Assembly: GCF_032113415.1 (NCBI RefSeq)
Contig: NZ_CP134946.1
Coordinates: forward strand, 1,614,333-1,654,332
From: Halobellus marinus
GTDB lineage: Archaea > Halobacteriota > Halobacteria > Halobacteriales > Haloferacaceae
Length of the DNA: 40,000 bases
Direction of reading: 5' to 3'
Under the pieces are notes generated by a model that ran no database searches, had not been told where the DNA came from, and saw nothing but the letters and a program-made list of their open reading frames with translations. Position 1 is the first letter of the stretch. Every line of letters starts with the position of its first letter. Both the position numbers and the translations under genes were made by a program. Shown here in pieces: positions 23,940 through 31,727 of the stretch.

Positions 23940-24938
23940 ATGACCAGTCTCTCGGAGGTCTACGAGGGGAAACAAAGGGGGCCGAGCCTCCGGCGACTGC
24001 TCTTCGGGTTGGCGCTGTTTCTCGCCGGGGCGATACTGGTCGTCGCCGGGATAGTCGTCGCCACGACCGACGTCCTCTACGGGAGCGAACTGGCGGCGCT
24101 GACGGCCAAACGACAGCTCGGCGGCGTCCTCGCTGGCGTCGGCGTCCCCGCGGTATTCCTGGGCATCTTCGCCGTCCTCCCCTCGGGGCGACTCACCAAG
24201 GCGGCTGGGGTCGTCGGCGCTGGCATCGCCGTGATGGGCGTCGCGCTCTTCACCTACGCGTACCCGTGCCGTTGGTCGGGATCGCTCTGCGGTGCCGGCA
24301 AGCCGGATCTGACGCTTTTGACCGTCGGCATCTACTTCCTCGGCGCGATGCTCACCTTCTGGGTGCTGTTCGTCGGGGTTGCGAACTTCAAAACGCGAAA
24401 CGACCCCGGCGGCACCGCGAAAGTGAACGTCACGCGAAAACACGAGACGAAGTACGTCCCCGTCGAGCGCTCCCGCGGCGGATTCGGCGGCATCGGCTTC
24501 TTCGGCGGGACGCCGGACGGCGAGGTCGAAACCCAGACCGGCGGTGGCTCGAAGCCAACAGGTGCGTCCAGTCGGGCCTCCGACGGCGGCACCGACGCCG
24601 AATCCATCACGTCGCCGCTCGACGGGTCGAGTACTGCCGCGAACGGTGGCGCACCGGCAACAGCGAACGGCGGTACGCGGTCGCCCCGTTCCTCGCGCTC
24701 GTCGGCCAGCGCTTCGACCACCACCGACGCCTCCGAATCGCACGCTGCGGCCGGTGACGGGGCCCGCGACTCCGCGGGGGCACCCTCTCCCGGCGACACC
24801 TACTGCGGCAACTGCGCACACTTCGAGTACGTCCGCACGGACGCAGGAATCCAGCCGTACTGTGGTGCGCACGAGGAACTGATGGACGATATGGATCCCT
24901 GCGAAGACTGGGCTTCGCGGCGGAAGAACCGTCGCTGA
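23940..24938 (+). CDS. membrane protein (4-5 TM) with Ser/Gly/Ala-rich linker and C-terminal Cys4 zinc-ribbon-like domain
   Basis: Internal ATG of ORF 23814..24938 (MTSLSEVYEGK...). TM helices such as 'LLFGLALFLAGAILVVAGIVVA'. C-terminal 'YCGNCAHFEYV...PYCGAHEELMDDMDPCEDW'. Confidence 0.65.
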   Translation: MTSLSEVYEGKQRGPSLRRLLFGLALFLAGAILVVAGIVVATTDVLYGSELAALTAKRQLGGVLAGVGVPAVFLGIFAVLPSGRLTKAAGVVGAGIAVMGVALFTYAYPCRWSGSLCGAGKPDLTLLTVGIYFLGAMLTFWVLFVGVANFKTRNDPGGTAKVNVTRKHETKYVPVERSRGGFGGIGFFGGTPDGEVETQTGGGSKPTGASSRASDGGTDAESITSPLDGSSTAANGGAPATANGGTRSPRSSRSSASASTTTDASESHAAAGDGARDSAGAPSPGDTYCGNCAHFEYVRTDAGIQPYCGAHEELMDDMDPCEDWASRRKNRR

Positions 24939-25002
24939 TCGTCGGTTTCCTCTTCCCGCTGGTCCCCTCCCATTTCGCCGTTATCGTCGCTGATCGTCGG
25001 TT
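24930..25002. repeat. 18-bp perfect direct repeat, 55-bp spacing, between convergent genes
   Basis: 'CGTCGCTGATCGTCGGTT' occurs at 24930-24947, including the TGA stop at 24936-38, and again at 24985-25002. Confidence 0.85.
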
Positions 25003-25006
25003 CACC

Positions 25007-25501
25007 CTAAATCTCCGCGAGCGTCGCCGCCACGTCGTCCCAGTGACTCCCCTGCCAGAATACCTGTCCGCACGCTCGACAGCGCCAGCAGTCGGTCTCG
25101 GCCGGGTCGGGCGCGTACTGTGGCAGCGACTCCTCGGGGTCGACTGCGCGGAGTTCACCGTTGCAGGCGCCGCATCTGACCGGCGGGTCAGCCAGCGAGA
25201 GATCGTAGCCGGCCTCGCGGACCTCCCGGAGTTGCTCGCGGAGGTCGCGTGACGACAGGAGGACAGCGTCTGCGGCGCGGCCCGCGAGGTCGACGTCGCG
25301 GGTGAAAACCGTTCGGCCGGATTCCCGCGCCCACTGCAGGATTTCGTCGTCGTTCGGGTCGTCTTGAGGCGGCGGAGTCGCCTCCTCACGTCCCCCTTCC
25401 CGTGCATCCAAGACGTACGCCGCGTCGTAGCCGCACATCCGGAGATACGTCGCCAGTTTGCCGAGCATCGCATCGAGAAGGAGCCGATCGGTGTCGGACA
25501 C
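25007..25501 (-). CDS. Mut7-C RNase domain protein (PIN-like nuclease + zinc ribbon)
   Basis: 164 aa. 'LLLDAMLGKLATYLRMCGYDA' is the Mut7-C N-terminal signature. 'CGACNGEL...CWRCRACGQVFWQGSHW' is the zinc ribbon. GTG start 3 nt after the polX stop. Confidence 0.8.
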   Translation of the reverse strand: MSDTDRLLLDAMLGKLATYLRMCGYDAAYVLDAREGGREEATPPPQDDPNDDEILQWARESGRTVFTRDVDLAGRAADAVLLSSRDLREQLREVREAGYDLSLADPPVRCGACNGELRAVDPEESLPQYAPDPAETDCWRCRACGQVFWQGSHWDDVAATLAEI

Positions 25502-25504
25502 GGG

Positions 25505-27259
25505 TCAATGGAGGAACGAGCGGAGCGCCTCGGTGTCCCACGCGTTCAGCACGTCGTCGGCCTCGCACCATCCGCGACGGGCCGTGTGAACACCGTACCG
25601 TGCGTAATCGAGAGAATCTGGCGCGTGTGCGTCGGTGTCGACGGCGATCACCGCGCCGGCCTCGGTGGCGACGCGGACGGGGTCCCCGTGGAGGTCCAGG
25701 CGCGCGGGATCGGCGTTGATCTCCAGGGCGGTTCCCGCGTCCGCGGCGGCCGCAGCGAGTCGCTCGATGTCGAGTTCCATTCCCTCGCGCTCGTTGATCC
25801 GCCGGCCGGTAGGGTGGCCGAGAATGTCGACGCTCGGATGTTCGGCGGCCCGAATCAGCCGCTTCGTCGCTGTTTCGCGGTCCTGCCGCAGCGCGGCGTG
25901 CGGCGACGCGACCACGACGTCGAGTTCCGCGAGGAGGTCGTCGTCCGTCGAGAGGTCCCCCCCGGCGCCGATGTTCGTCTCGACGCCGTGCAGCAGCGTC
26001 AGATCCGGGTCGACCTCCCGGCGAACCTCGTCGATCGCGTCCATCTGCTCCCGTAGGTCCTCGTCGTCCAGACCGACGTCGCCGACCATCCCCGGGCCCG
26101 TAGCGTGGTCTGTCACCGCGTAGTAGTCGTACCCACGCGCTTCGGCGGCGGTGACCATCTCGGCCAGTTCGGCACGGCCGTCGGACCAGTCCGTATGCGT
26201 GTGGAGGTCGCCGCGGAGGCCGCCCGGTTCGATCAGGTCCGGAAGCGTTCCCTCGCGGGCGGCCTCGATTTCGCCATTCCCCTCGCGGAGTTCCGACGGA
26301 ATTAGCGGGAGATCGAGCGCCGCGTACATCGATGCCTCCGTCTCGCCGGCGATTCGTTCGCCGACGCGCTGGCCGGCGTCCGGATCATCGACGTCGGACA
26401 CGTCGAAGACGCCGTACTCGTTCATCTTGAGGTCCCGTTCGATCGCGACGTTTCGGAGTTCCACGTTGTGGTCTTTGCTGCCGGTGAAATACTGCAGCGC
26501 CGCGCCGAACTCCTCGGGCACGACCACGCGGAGGTCCACGCGAATGCTGTCGGCGCGGACGCTCGCTTTGTGCTCCCCGGCCTCGATGGTGTCTGTCGCG
26601 GCCGGCCATTCGACGAAGGCGTCGACGACGCGCTCGCTGGCCTCGGAAGCCACGAGGACGTCCACGTCGCCGATGGTATCGCGCCAGCGACGGATCGAGC
26701 CGGCAACCGACGCCTCCGCGACGGCGTCGACGTCTCGGAGGTACGCGAGGAGGTCGTCCGCGAGCGGCCGTGCGTCGCCCAGCCGTTCCCGCTCCCCCGC
26801 TTCCCGAGCGAATTCGACGTTCTCTCGGATGTTGTCCTCCGTCTTCGCGCCGAAGCCCCTGACCTCGCGGATCTCCTCGTTCTCGGCTGCCTCGGCCAGT
26901 TCGTCGAGGGTCGTGATTCCGAGTGCGTCGTAGAGTTTCCCGACCGTCTTCGGACCGACCCCCTCGACGCGCGTCAGCGCCGCCATATCGACCGGCAGGT
27001 CCTCGCGGAGCGCTTCCAGTTCCTCGATCTCCCCGGTTTCGACGTACTCGACGATCTTCCCGGAGATCGCGTCGCCGACGCCGTCGATCCGCTCGACTGC
27101 TTCGGCGCCCTCTGCGGCCAGGCCTTCGATCGGTTCTGGATGCTCGCGGACGTTCTCGGCGGCCCGCCGGTAGACGTTCGGCTTGTACTCGACGCCGTCG
27201 GCTTCCAGCAGATCCGCGAACGCTTCGAGCTGCCGCGCGACCTCGGCGTTGCGGCTCAC
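25505..27259 (-). CDS. polX: DNA polymerase X family with C-terminal PHP phosphoesterase domain
   Basis: 584 aa. HhH 'IDGVGDAISGKI' and 'VEGVGPKTVGKLY'. Pol-beta-like core 'GSIRRWRDTIGDVDVLV'. PHP 'GDLHTHTDWSDG'. Confidence 0.95.
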   Translation of the reverse strand: MSRNAEVARQLEAFADLLEADGVEYKPNVYRRAAENVREHPEPIEGLAAEGAEAVERIDGVGDAISGKIVEYVETGEIEELEALREDLPVDMAALTRVEGVGPKTVGKLYDALGITTLDELAEAAENEEIREVRGFGAKTEDNIRENVEFAREAGERERLGDARPLADDLLAYLRDVDAVAEASVAGSIRRWRDTIGDVDVLVASEASERVVDAFVEWPAATDTIEAGEHKASVRADSIRVDLRVVVPEEFGAALQYFTGSKDHNVELRNVAIERDLKMNEYGVFDVSDVDDPDAGQRVGERIAGETEASMYAALDLPLIPSELREGNGEIEAAREGTLPDLIEPGGLRGDLHTHTDWSDGRAELAEMVTAAEARGYDYYAVTDHATGPGMVGDVGLDDEDLREQMDAIDEVRREVDPDLTLLHGVETNIGAGGDLSTDDDLLAELDVVVASPHAALRQDRETATKRLIRAAEHPSVDILGHPTGRRINEREGMELDIERLAAAAADAGTALEINADPARLDLHGDPVRVATEAGAVIAVDTDAHAPDSLDYARYGVHTARRGWCEADDVLNAWDTEALRSFLH

Positions 27260-27702
27260 AGCTGACCTCCGCCCGCCGTGCTGTTGACGTCCTCGTGGCC
27301 CAGCGCCTGCTGGAGGAAGTTCATCCAGCGCTTGCGGTCTGCAGTCTCTTGCACCGCTGACTCCTGTTCGAGATCGACGGGTCGGAGCTGTTCGAGCGCG
27401 TTCAGGGCGCGGTCGATACCGATGATACTCTCGGCGAGGCGTTCGCCCTCCTCGTAGGACACCTCGCCGTCCTCGATCCGTCCGAGGCGCTCCAGTCGCT
27501 CGCGGCGGAGGTTCTTCTTCGCGCGGTCGACCCGGTCGCGTTCGCCCGCTGGGATGGTGTCGCGCCGTTTGATCTCGAAGACGAACTCGCGGAGTTCGAC
27601 CTCCTCGCCCTGTACCTCGATCGCGTCGGGGATCTCCGCGCCGACCGTCGCGGCCTCGCGGTTGACGCGCTCCAGCAGCTGCTTTCTCTCGAACTCCTTC
27701 AC
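27256..27702 (-). CDS. coiled-coil hypothetical protein, first gene of the polX operon
   Basis: 148 aa, GTG start, charged and helical. Its stop overlaps the polX ATG by 4 nt. Confidence 0.65.
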   Translation of the reverse strand: MKEFERKQLLERVNREAATVGAEIPDAIEVQGEEVELREFVFEIKRRDTIPAGERDRVDRAKKNLRRERLERLGRIEDGEVSYEEGERLAESIIGIDRALNALEQLRPVDLEQESAVQETADRKRWMNFLQQALGHEDVNSTAGGGQL

Positions 27703-27880
27703 GGCTTCGTCACTTCTTGGGCCGGCGCCTACTTCGCTCCTTCGCCGTGCGTTCCGGAGCGAACGGGGGGCTCTCTCCCCTCGAGGACGTCTCCCCGCCT
27801 CGAAGAGCCGAGTCGTCCGAGACGCCGGCAGATGGCGCGGAGACGAAACTTCTTATGCCGCTGCCCCGGAAACGGACGGT

Positions 27881-29236
27881 ATGGGATTGTTCGACCGACT
27901 GCGCGGCTCGGATCAGCCGCGCGTCGCTTTCATCGGTATCGACGGCGTCCCCTACAGCCTCCTCGCCGAGCACCCCGACCGGTTCCCTAACTTCGCGGCC
28001 ATCGCCGAGGAGGGCAGCGCGGGCCCGATCGAGAGCATCGTCCCGCCGGAGTCGTCGGCGTGCTGGCCTTCACTGACGACCGGCGTGAACCCGGGGGAGA
28101 CCGGCGTCTACGGCTTCCAGGACCGCGAAAACGGTTCCTACGATACGTACGTGCCGATGGGTCGGGACGTCCAGGCGACCCGCCTGTGGGACCGCGTGAC
28201 CGACGCGGGCCGGAAGGCAAGCGTGCTGAACGTCCCCGTGACCTTCCCGCCACAGCGGAACGTCCAGCGGATGGTCTCCGGCTTCCTCTCGCCGGGCGTG
28301 AAGAAGGCGGCCCACCCCGAGAAGTTCCGGGACGAACTCAAGGCGCTGAACTACCGCATCGACGTCAACGCCAAACTCGGCCACGACGACGACAAAAGCG
28401 AGTTCATCGAGAACGCCCACGAGACGCTCGACCGGCGCTACGAGGCCTTCTCGGACGTGATCGGCCGCGACGACTGGGACCTCTTTTTCGGCGTCTTTAT
28501 GACCACCGACCGGGTGAATCACTTCCTGTTCAAGGACTACGAGGAGGACGGTGAAAACAGAGAGGCGTTCTTCGAGTTCTACGAGGCGGTCGACGAGTAC
28601 GTCGGCAAACTCCGCGAGTCGCTTCCCGAGGACGTGACGCTCGTCGTCGCCTCCGACCACGGCTTTACCTCCTTGGATCACGAGGTCCACTGCAACGCCT
28701 GGCTCGAAGAGCAGGGGTGGCTCTCCTACGAGGACGACGACCACGATGAACTCGGCGACATCGCCGACGACACCCGCGCGTACTCGCTGATTCCCGGGCG
28801 GTTCTACATCAACCTCGAAGGGCGCGAGCCGCGCGGCAGCGTCTCACAGGATGAGTACGAAAAGACGCGCGCGGAACTCAAAGCCGAACTCGAAGCGCTC
28901 GAAGGTCCCGAGGGTCGGAAGGTGGCGGACCGCGTCGTCGAGAAAGAGGAGGCGTTCCGCGGCGACCACGACGACATCGCACCGGATCTGGTGGTCGTCC
29001 CGAACCACGGGTTCGACCTCAAATCCGGGTTCAAGGGCCACGACGACGTGTTCGGCTCCGGCCCGCGCAACGGAATGCACAGCTTCGACAACGCCTCGCT
29101 GTACGTCGACGATCCGGACGTCGACATCGAGGGCGTCACGCCCGACCTCTACGACATCGCGCCGACGGTCCTCGATCTGATGGACGTCGACTACTCCCGT
29201 GCGGAGTTCGACGGCGCGAGTCTTCTCAAAGGATAG
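27881..29236 (+). CDS. alkaline-phosphatase-superfamily enzyme (type I phosphodiesterase / nucleotide pyrophosphatase family)
   Basis: Internal ATG of ORF 27554..29236, giving 451 aa. 'FIGIDGVPYSLL', 'PPESSACWPSLTTGVNPGETGVYGF' and 'VVASDHGF'. Confidence 0.8.
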   Translation: MGLFDRLRGSDQPRVAFIGIDGVPYSLLAEHPDRFPNFAAIAEEGSAGPIESIVPPESSACWPSLTTGVNPGETGVYGFQDRENGSYDTYVPMGRDVQATRLWDRVTDAGRKASVLNVPVTFPPQRNVQRMVSGFLSPGVKKAAHPEKFRDELKALNYRIDVNAKLGHDDDKSEFIENAHETLDRRYEAFSDVIGRDDWDLFFGVFMTTDRVNHFLFKDYEEDGENREAFFEFYEAVDEYVGKLRESLPEDVTLVVASDHGFTSLDHEVHCNAWLEEQGWLSYEDDDHDELGDIADDTRAYSLIPGRFYINLEGREPRGSVSQDEYEKTRAELKAELEALEGPEGRKVADRVVEKEEAFRGDHDDIAPDLVVVPNHGFDLKSGFKGHDDVFGSGPRNGMHSFDNASLYVDDPDVDIEGVTPDLYDIAPTVLDLMDVDYSRAEFDGASLLKG

Positions 29237-29240
29237 ACCG

Positions 29241-29250
29241 CTTTTTCTCC
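29241..29250 (+). terminator. T-run immediately after the stop codon
   Basis: 'CTTTTTCTCC' lies 5 nt after the TAG at 29234-36. T-runs act as archaeal termination signals. The function here is inferred. Confidence 0.35.
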
Positions 29251-29270
29251 TCGGCGACAGGCCGACAGCG

Positions 29271-30353
29271 CTACAGTAGACTGTCGAGGTCGTCGTTGGT
29301 CCACTGGTCGGCGGGGTCGTCGCCGCTGAGGTCCGTCTCAGCCGCTTGGGCCTCCTGTGCACGCTCCATAAACGTCTCCAGTCGATCCGAGCGCTCGACC
29401 CCGCCGAGCAGGACCAGCGTCGCCAGCCGATCGCTCGACAGCGGAAAGTCGCCGCCACGGACCTGGAGGCTCCCGGTCTCCTCTTCGACCCAGCGTCTGG
29501 CCCGCTCGACCCCCTTCCGCGGGATGCTGTCGTTGTCGCCGGCCACGATCAGCAGAGCCGCGTCCGCATCGGTGGCGTCGGGCAGGCTCGATCCAGTCAG
29601 GAGGGCACGTCTGGCGTTGCTCATCACGGTGTTGATGTTCTCCTCCGGATCAGAAGCCGCTTCCGCGGAGGCGTAGCCGATGGCCGCGATGCCGCCGTCC
29701 CGGAGAGTGTTGATGATCTCCGAGGAGTCGACGACGCTCTCGGCGACGCCGTCGACGACTTCGCCAGCTGCGAGCAGCAGGCCGACTCGCTTGGCGATTT
29801 CCTCGTTGATCGCGTCGAAGCCCTCGGTGAGACTCTCGCCCGTCGAGCGGAACGCGTCGTTGTCGACAAGCAGGAGGGCGTCGGCCTCGCGGGCGAACGT
29901 CTTCAAAGACCGCCCCGCGTTGACCTGGTACAATGCGCCTTCGTCGCGGCCGGGGAGGATCCCGAGGCCGTAAACTGGGACGTCGTAGATCCGCTTCAGT
30001 TCCTTCGTGAGGACGGGAGCGCCACCGCTGCCGGTGCCGCCGCCGAGTCCGGCGACCACGAAGATCGATTCGGTGCCGGCCGTGATATCGCCCTCGAGTG
30101 CTGAGAGCACCTCGCGGCTGTCGGACTGCATCACTTCGGCACCGAGTTCGTTGTCGCCGCCGACGCCCTGGCCCTTTACGCGGTCCTGTCCGATCAGGAC
30201 GGTCTCGAACGGCAGCTCACGGAGGTCGTTTTTCGCGGTGTTGACCGCGACGGCGCCGCGGACGGCGTCGAATCCCATCCGCTCGTCGTACTCGACCAGT
30301 TCGCGGGCGAGTTTCCCGCCGGCCTGGCCGACGCCGATCAGGACGGACTTCAT
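29271..30353 (-). CDS. cetZ: tubulin/FtsZ-superfamily GTPase, CetZ-type
   Basis: Internal ATG of ORF 29271..30698, giving 360 aa. 'MKSVLIGVGQAGGKLA', the tubulin signature 'VAGLGGGTGSGGAPV', and 'LLLVDNDAF'. It lacks an FtsZ-like C-terminal peptide and has an acidic tail. Confidence 0.8.
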   Translation of the reverse strand: MKSVLIGVGQAGGKLARELVEYDERMGFDAVRGAVAVNTAKNDLRELPFETVLIGQDRVKGQGVGGDNELGAEVMQSDSREVLSALEGDITAGTESIFVVAGLGGGTGSGGAPVLTKELKRIYDVPVYGLGILPGRDEGALYQVNAGRSLKTFAREADALLLVDNDAFRSTGESLTEGFDAINEEIAKRVGLLLAAGEVVDGVAESVVDSSEIINTLRDGGIAAIGYASAEAASDPEENINTVMSNARRALLTGSSLPDATDADAALLIVAGDNDSIPRKGVERARRWVEEETGSLQVRGGDFPLSSDRLATLVLLGGVERSDRLETFMERAQEAQAAETDLSGDDPADQWTNDDLDSLL

Positions 30354-30394
30354 ATCTTGTGAGAGAACGAGACGCACCTTCAACGTTGGTGCCG

Positions 30395-30431
30395 CCGGAG
30401 GTTTATAACTAAAGCCGCGGCCACGGCCGGT
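30395..30431 (+). promoter_or_regulatory. promoter/leaderless-start module P1 (TATA + conserved CGCGGCCA box)
   Basis: 'CCGGAGGTTTATAACTAAAGCCGCGGCCACGGCCGGT' directly precedes ATG 30432. The TATA lies at -30..-24 and CGCGGCCA at -16..-9. Confidence 0.7.
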
Positions 30432-31184
30432 ATGCCGACCGATCCCACGGGCACGGACGCATTCGCAGCCAGTCTCGATCCGGTCGAACGCGCAGTCGAC
30501 GACGCCCGGACTCCCGAGAGGGAGCCGTCGTCGCCGACCGAGACAGCCCAGCAGTCGACTGCCGGTGATCAGATGAACTCGGGGCAACAGCTGTCGACTG
30601 CTGGTGATCAGATGAACTCGAGCCAGCAGGCGTCGGCTGCTGACTCCCAGATGGACGACGCCCAGACAGACCAAACCAAAGACGACACCAGGGCTCACGA
30701 GGAGCGGCTCTCGGAACTCGAACGTCGCGTGACCGCCATCGAAGCCGAACTCGAATCAGTGCGCGGGATGCTGGACGGCGTCAACGCCATCGACGAAGCC
30801 GTCGAGCGGCGAGCGTCGGTCGCTCTTGCGAAGGTCGAGACGCTCGAACGGGCGTTCGACGACGGGCGAAAAGGCGACCCGCGATCCGCAACTGCAGCCA
30901 CCCAACGCGACGGATCCGCCCCGAGTGAGCAAACACGCCGGACAGAGCGGGAGGACACACGACCGCCGGATTCCGGCGGGCGACAGCCAGCACCGGATAC
31001 TGATGAGGAACACGCCGCAGGTGCGGATCGCGGCCGAGGAGTGTCTGCGGGCGGATATCCTCGGGTGAGAGACAGTACCAGTCACAGCAGCGGAGCGTCG
31101 GTCGGTGGGGGATCCGATTCCCAACTACAGGAAGATAGCGAGAGCGACTCCCTCGCGTCGCGGCTGCGCAGCGCCTTCCAGTGA
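30432..31184 (+). CDS. acidic, largely disordered protein with central coiled coil; first gene of the T4P-like cluster
   Basis: 250 aa with 13-aa repeats 'TAGDQMNSGQQLS/TAGDQMNSSQQAS'. Coiled coil 'HEERLSELERRVTAIEAELESVRGMLD'. Leaderless-type promoter P1. Confidence 0.65.
   Translation: MPTDPTGTDAFAASLDPVERAVDDARTPEREPSSPTETAQQSTAGDQMNSGQQLSTAGDQMNSSQQASAADSQMDDAQTDQTKDDTRAHEERLSELERRVTAIEAELESVRGMLDGVNAIDEAVERRASVALAKVETLERAFDDGRKGDPRSATAATQRDGSAPSEQTRRTEREDTRPPDSGGRQPAPDTDEEHAAGADRGRGVSAGGYPRVRDSTSHSSGASVGGGSDSQLQEDSESDSLASRLRSAFQ
30558..30665 (+). repeat. 39-bp in-frame tandem repeat (2 units plus a degenerate third)
   Basis: Units at 30558-30596 and 30597-30635 ('ACTGC(C/T)GGTGATCAGATGAACTCG...'). 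A third, diverged unit starts at 30636. Confidence 0.85.
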
Positions 31185-31651
31185 TCCGGCTGGTTATCGC
31201 CGCGGTCCTGACGCTGGCGACGGTCGCTGCCGCGACACCGGCAGTCGATCACGCGCGGGCCACTCGCACCGATACGATGATCGAGGGGACTGTCGATCGG
31301 CTCGAACGGGCGGGAGCGCGTCTCGCCGCCGGCTCGGACGCGATACCGACCCGGCGACGGGCTGCGGTCCGGCGCGTCAGCGTTCGATACCCCTCGGAGT
31401 CGCTGACGGCCGCGAGACCGGCCTTTCTCGCTGTCGGGGGCCGACCCGGAGGACCGGGGAACCGCTCAGTCGTCGCCTACGCTCTGGAGTCATCGCCGAC
31501 GCGCCGCCGGACGCTCTCGTTTCCGGTGCCGATCCGGACCCCGGACGGGCCCGTGGTCTTCCGGGACGACGGACGCTATTCGGTCTCGATCGCGCTCGTC
31601 GCCGAGGCGGGTCGCCCGACGCTCGTCGTCTCGCGTTCGGAATCACCGTAG
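31181..31651 (+). CDS. small protein with N-terminal hydrophobic anchor/signal, function unknown
   Basis: 156 aa. The GTG start overlaps the upstream TGA (GTGA). N-terminal 'MIRLVIAAVLTLATVAAATPAV'. Confidence 0.6.
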   Translation: MIRLVIAAVLTLATVAAATPAVDHARATRTDTMIEGTVDRLERAGARLAAGSDAIPTRRRAAVRRVSVRYPSESLTAARPAFLAVGGRPGGPGNRSVVAYALESSPTRRRTLSFPVPIRTPDGPVVFRDDGRYSVSIALVAEAGRPTLVVSRSESP

Positions 31652-31690
31652 CTCCGTGGGGTCGGCACGGATCGCAGGGGGCCGAACCCG

Positions 31691-31727
31691 CCGGAGGTTT
31701 ATATACGAGTACGCGGCCAGCCGCGGT
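31691..31727 (+). promoter_or_regulatory. promoter/leaderless-start module P2
   Basis: 'CCGGAGGTTTATATACGAGTACGCGGCCAGCCGCGGT' directly precedes ATG 31728. The first 13 nt and the CGCGGCCA box are identical to P1 at identical spacing. Confidence 0.7.

Noticed and set aside
31656-31727. Upstream start (31656) for the ATPase
   Set aside because: The 24 extra codons would cover the TATA box of module P2 and are Arg-rich. ATG 31728 sits at the same distance from the TATA as in P1 and P3.
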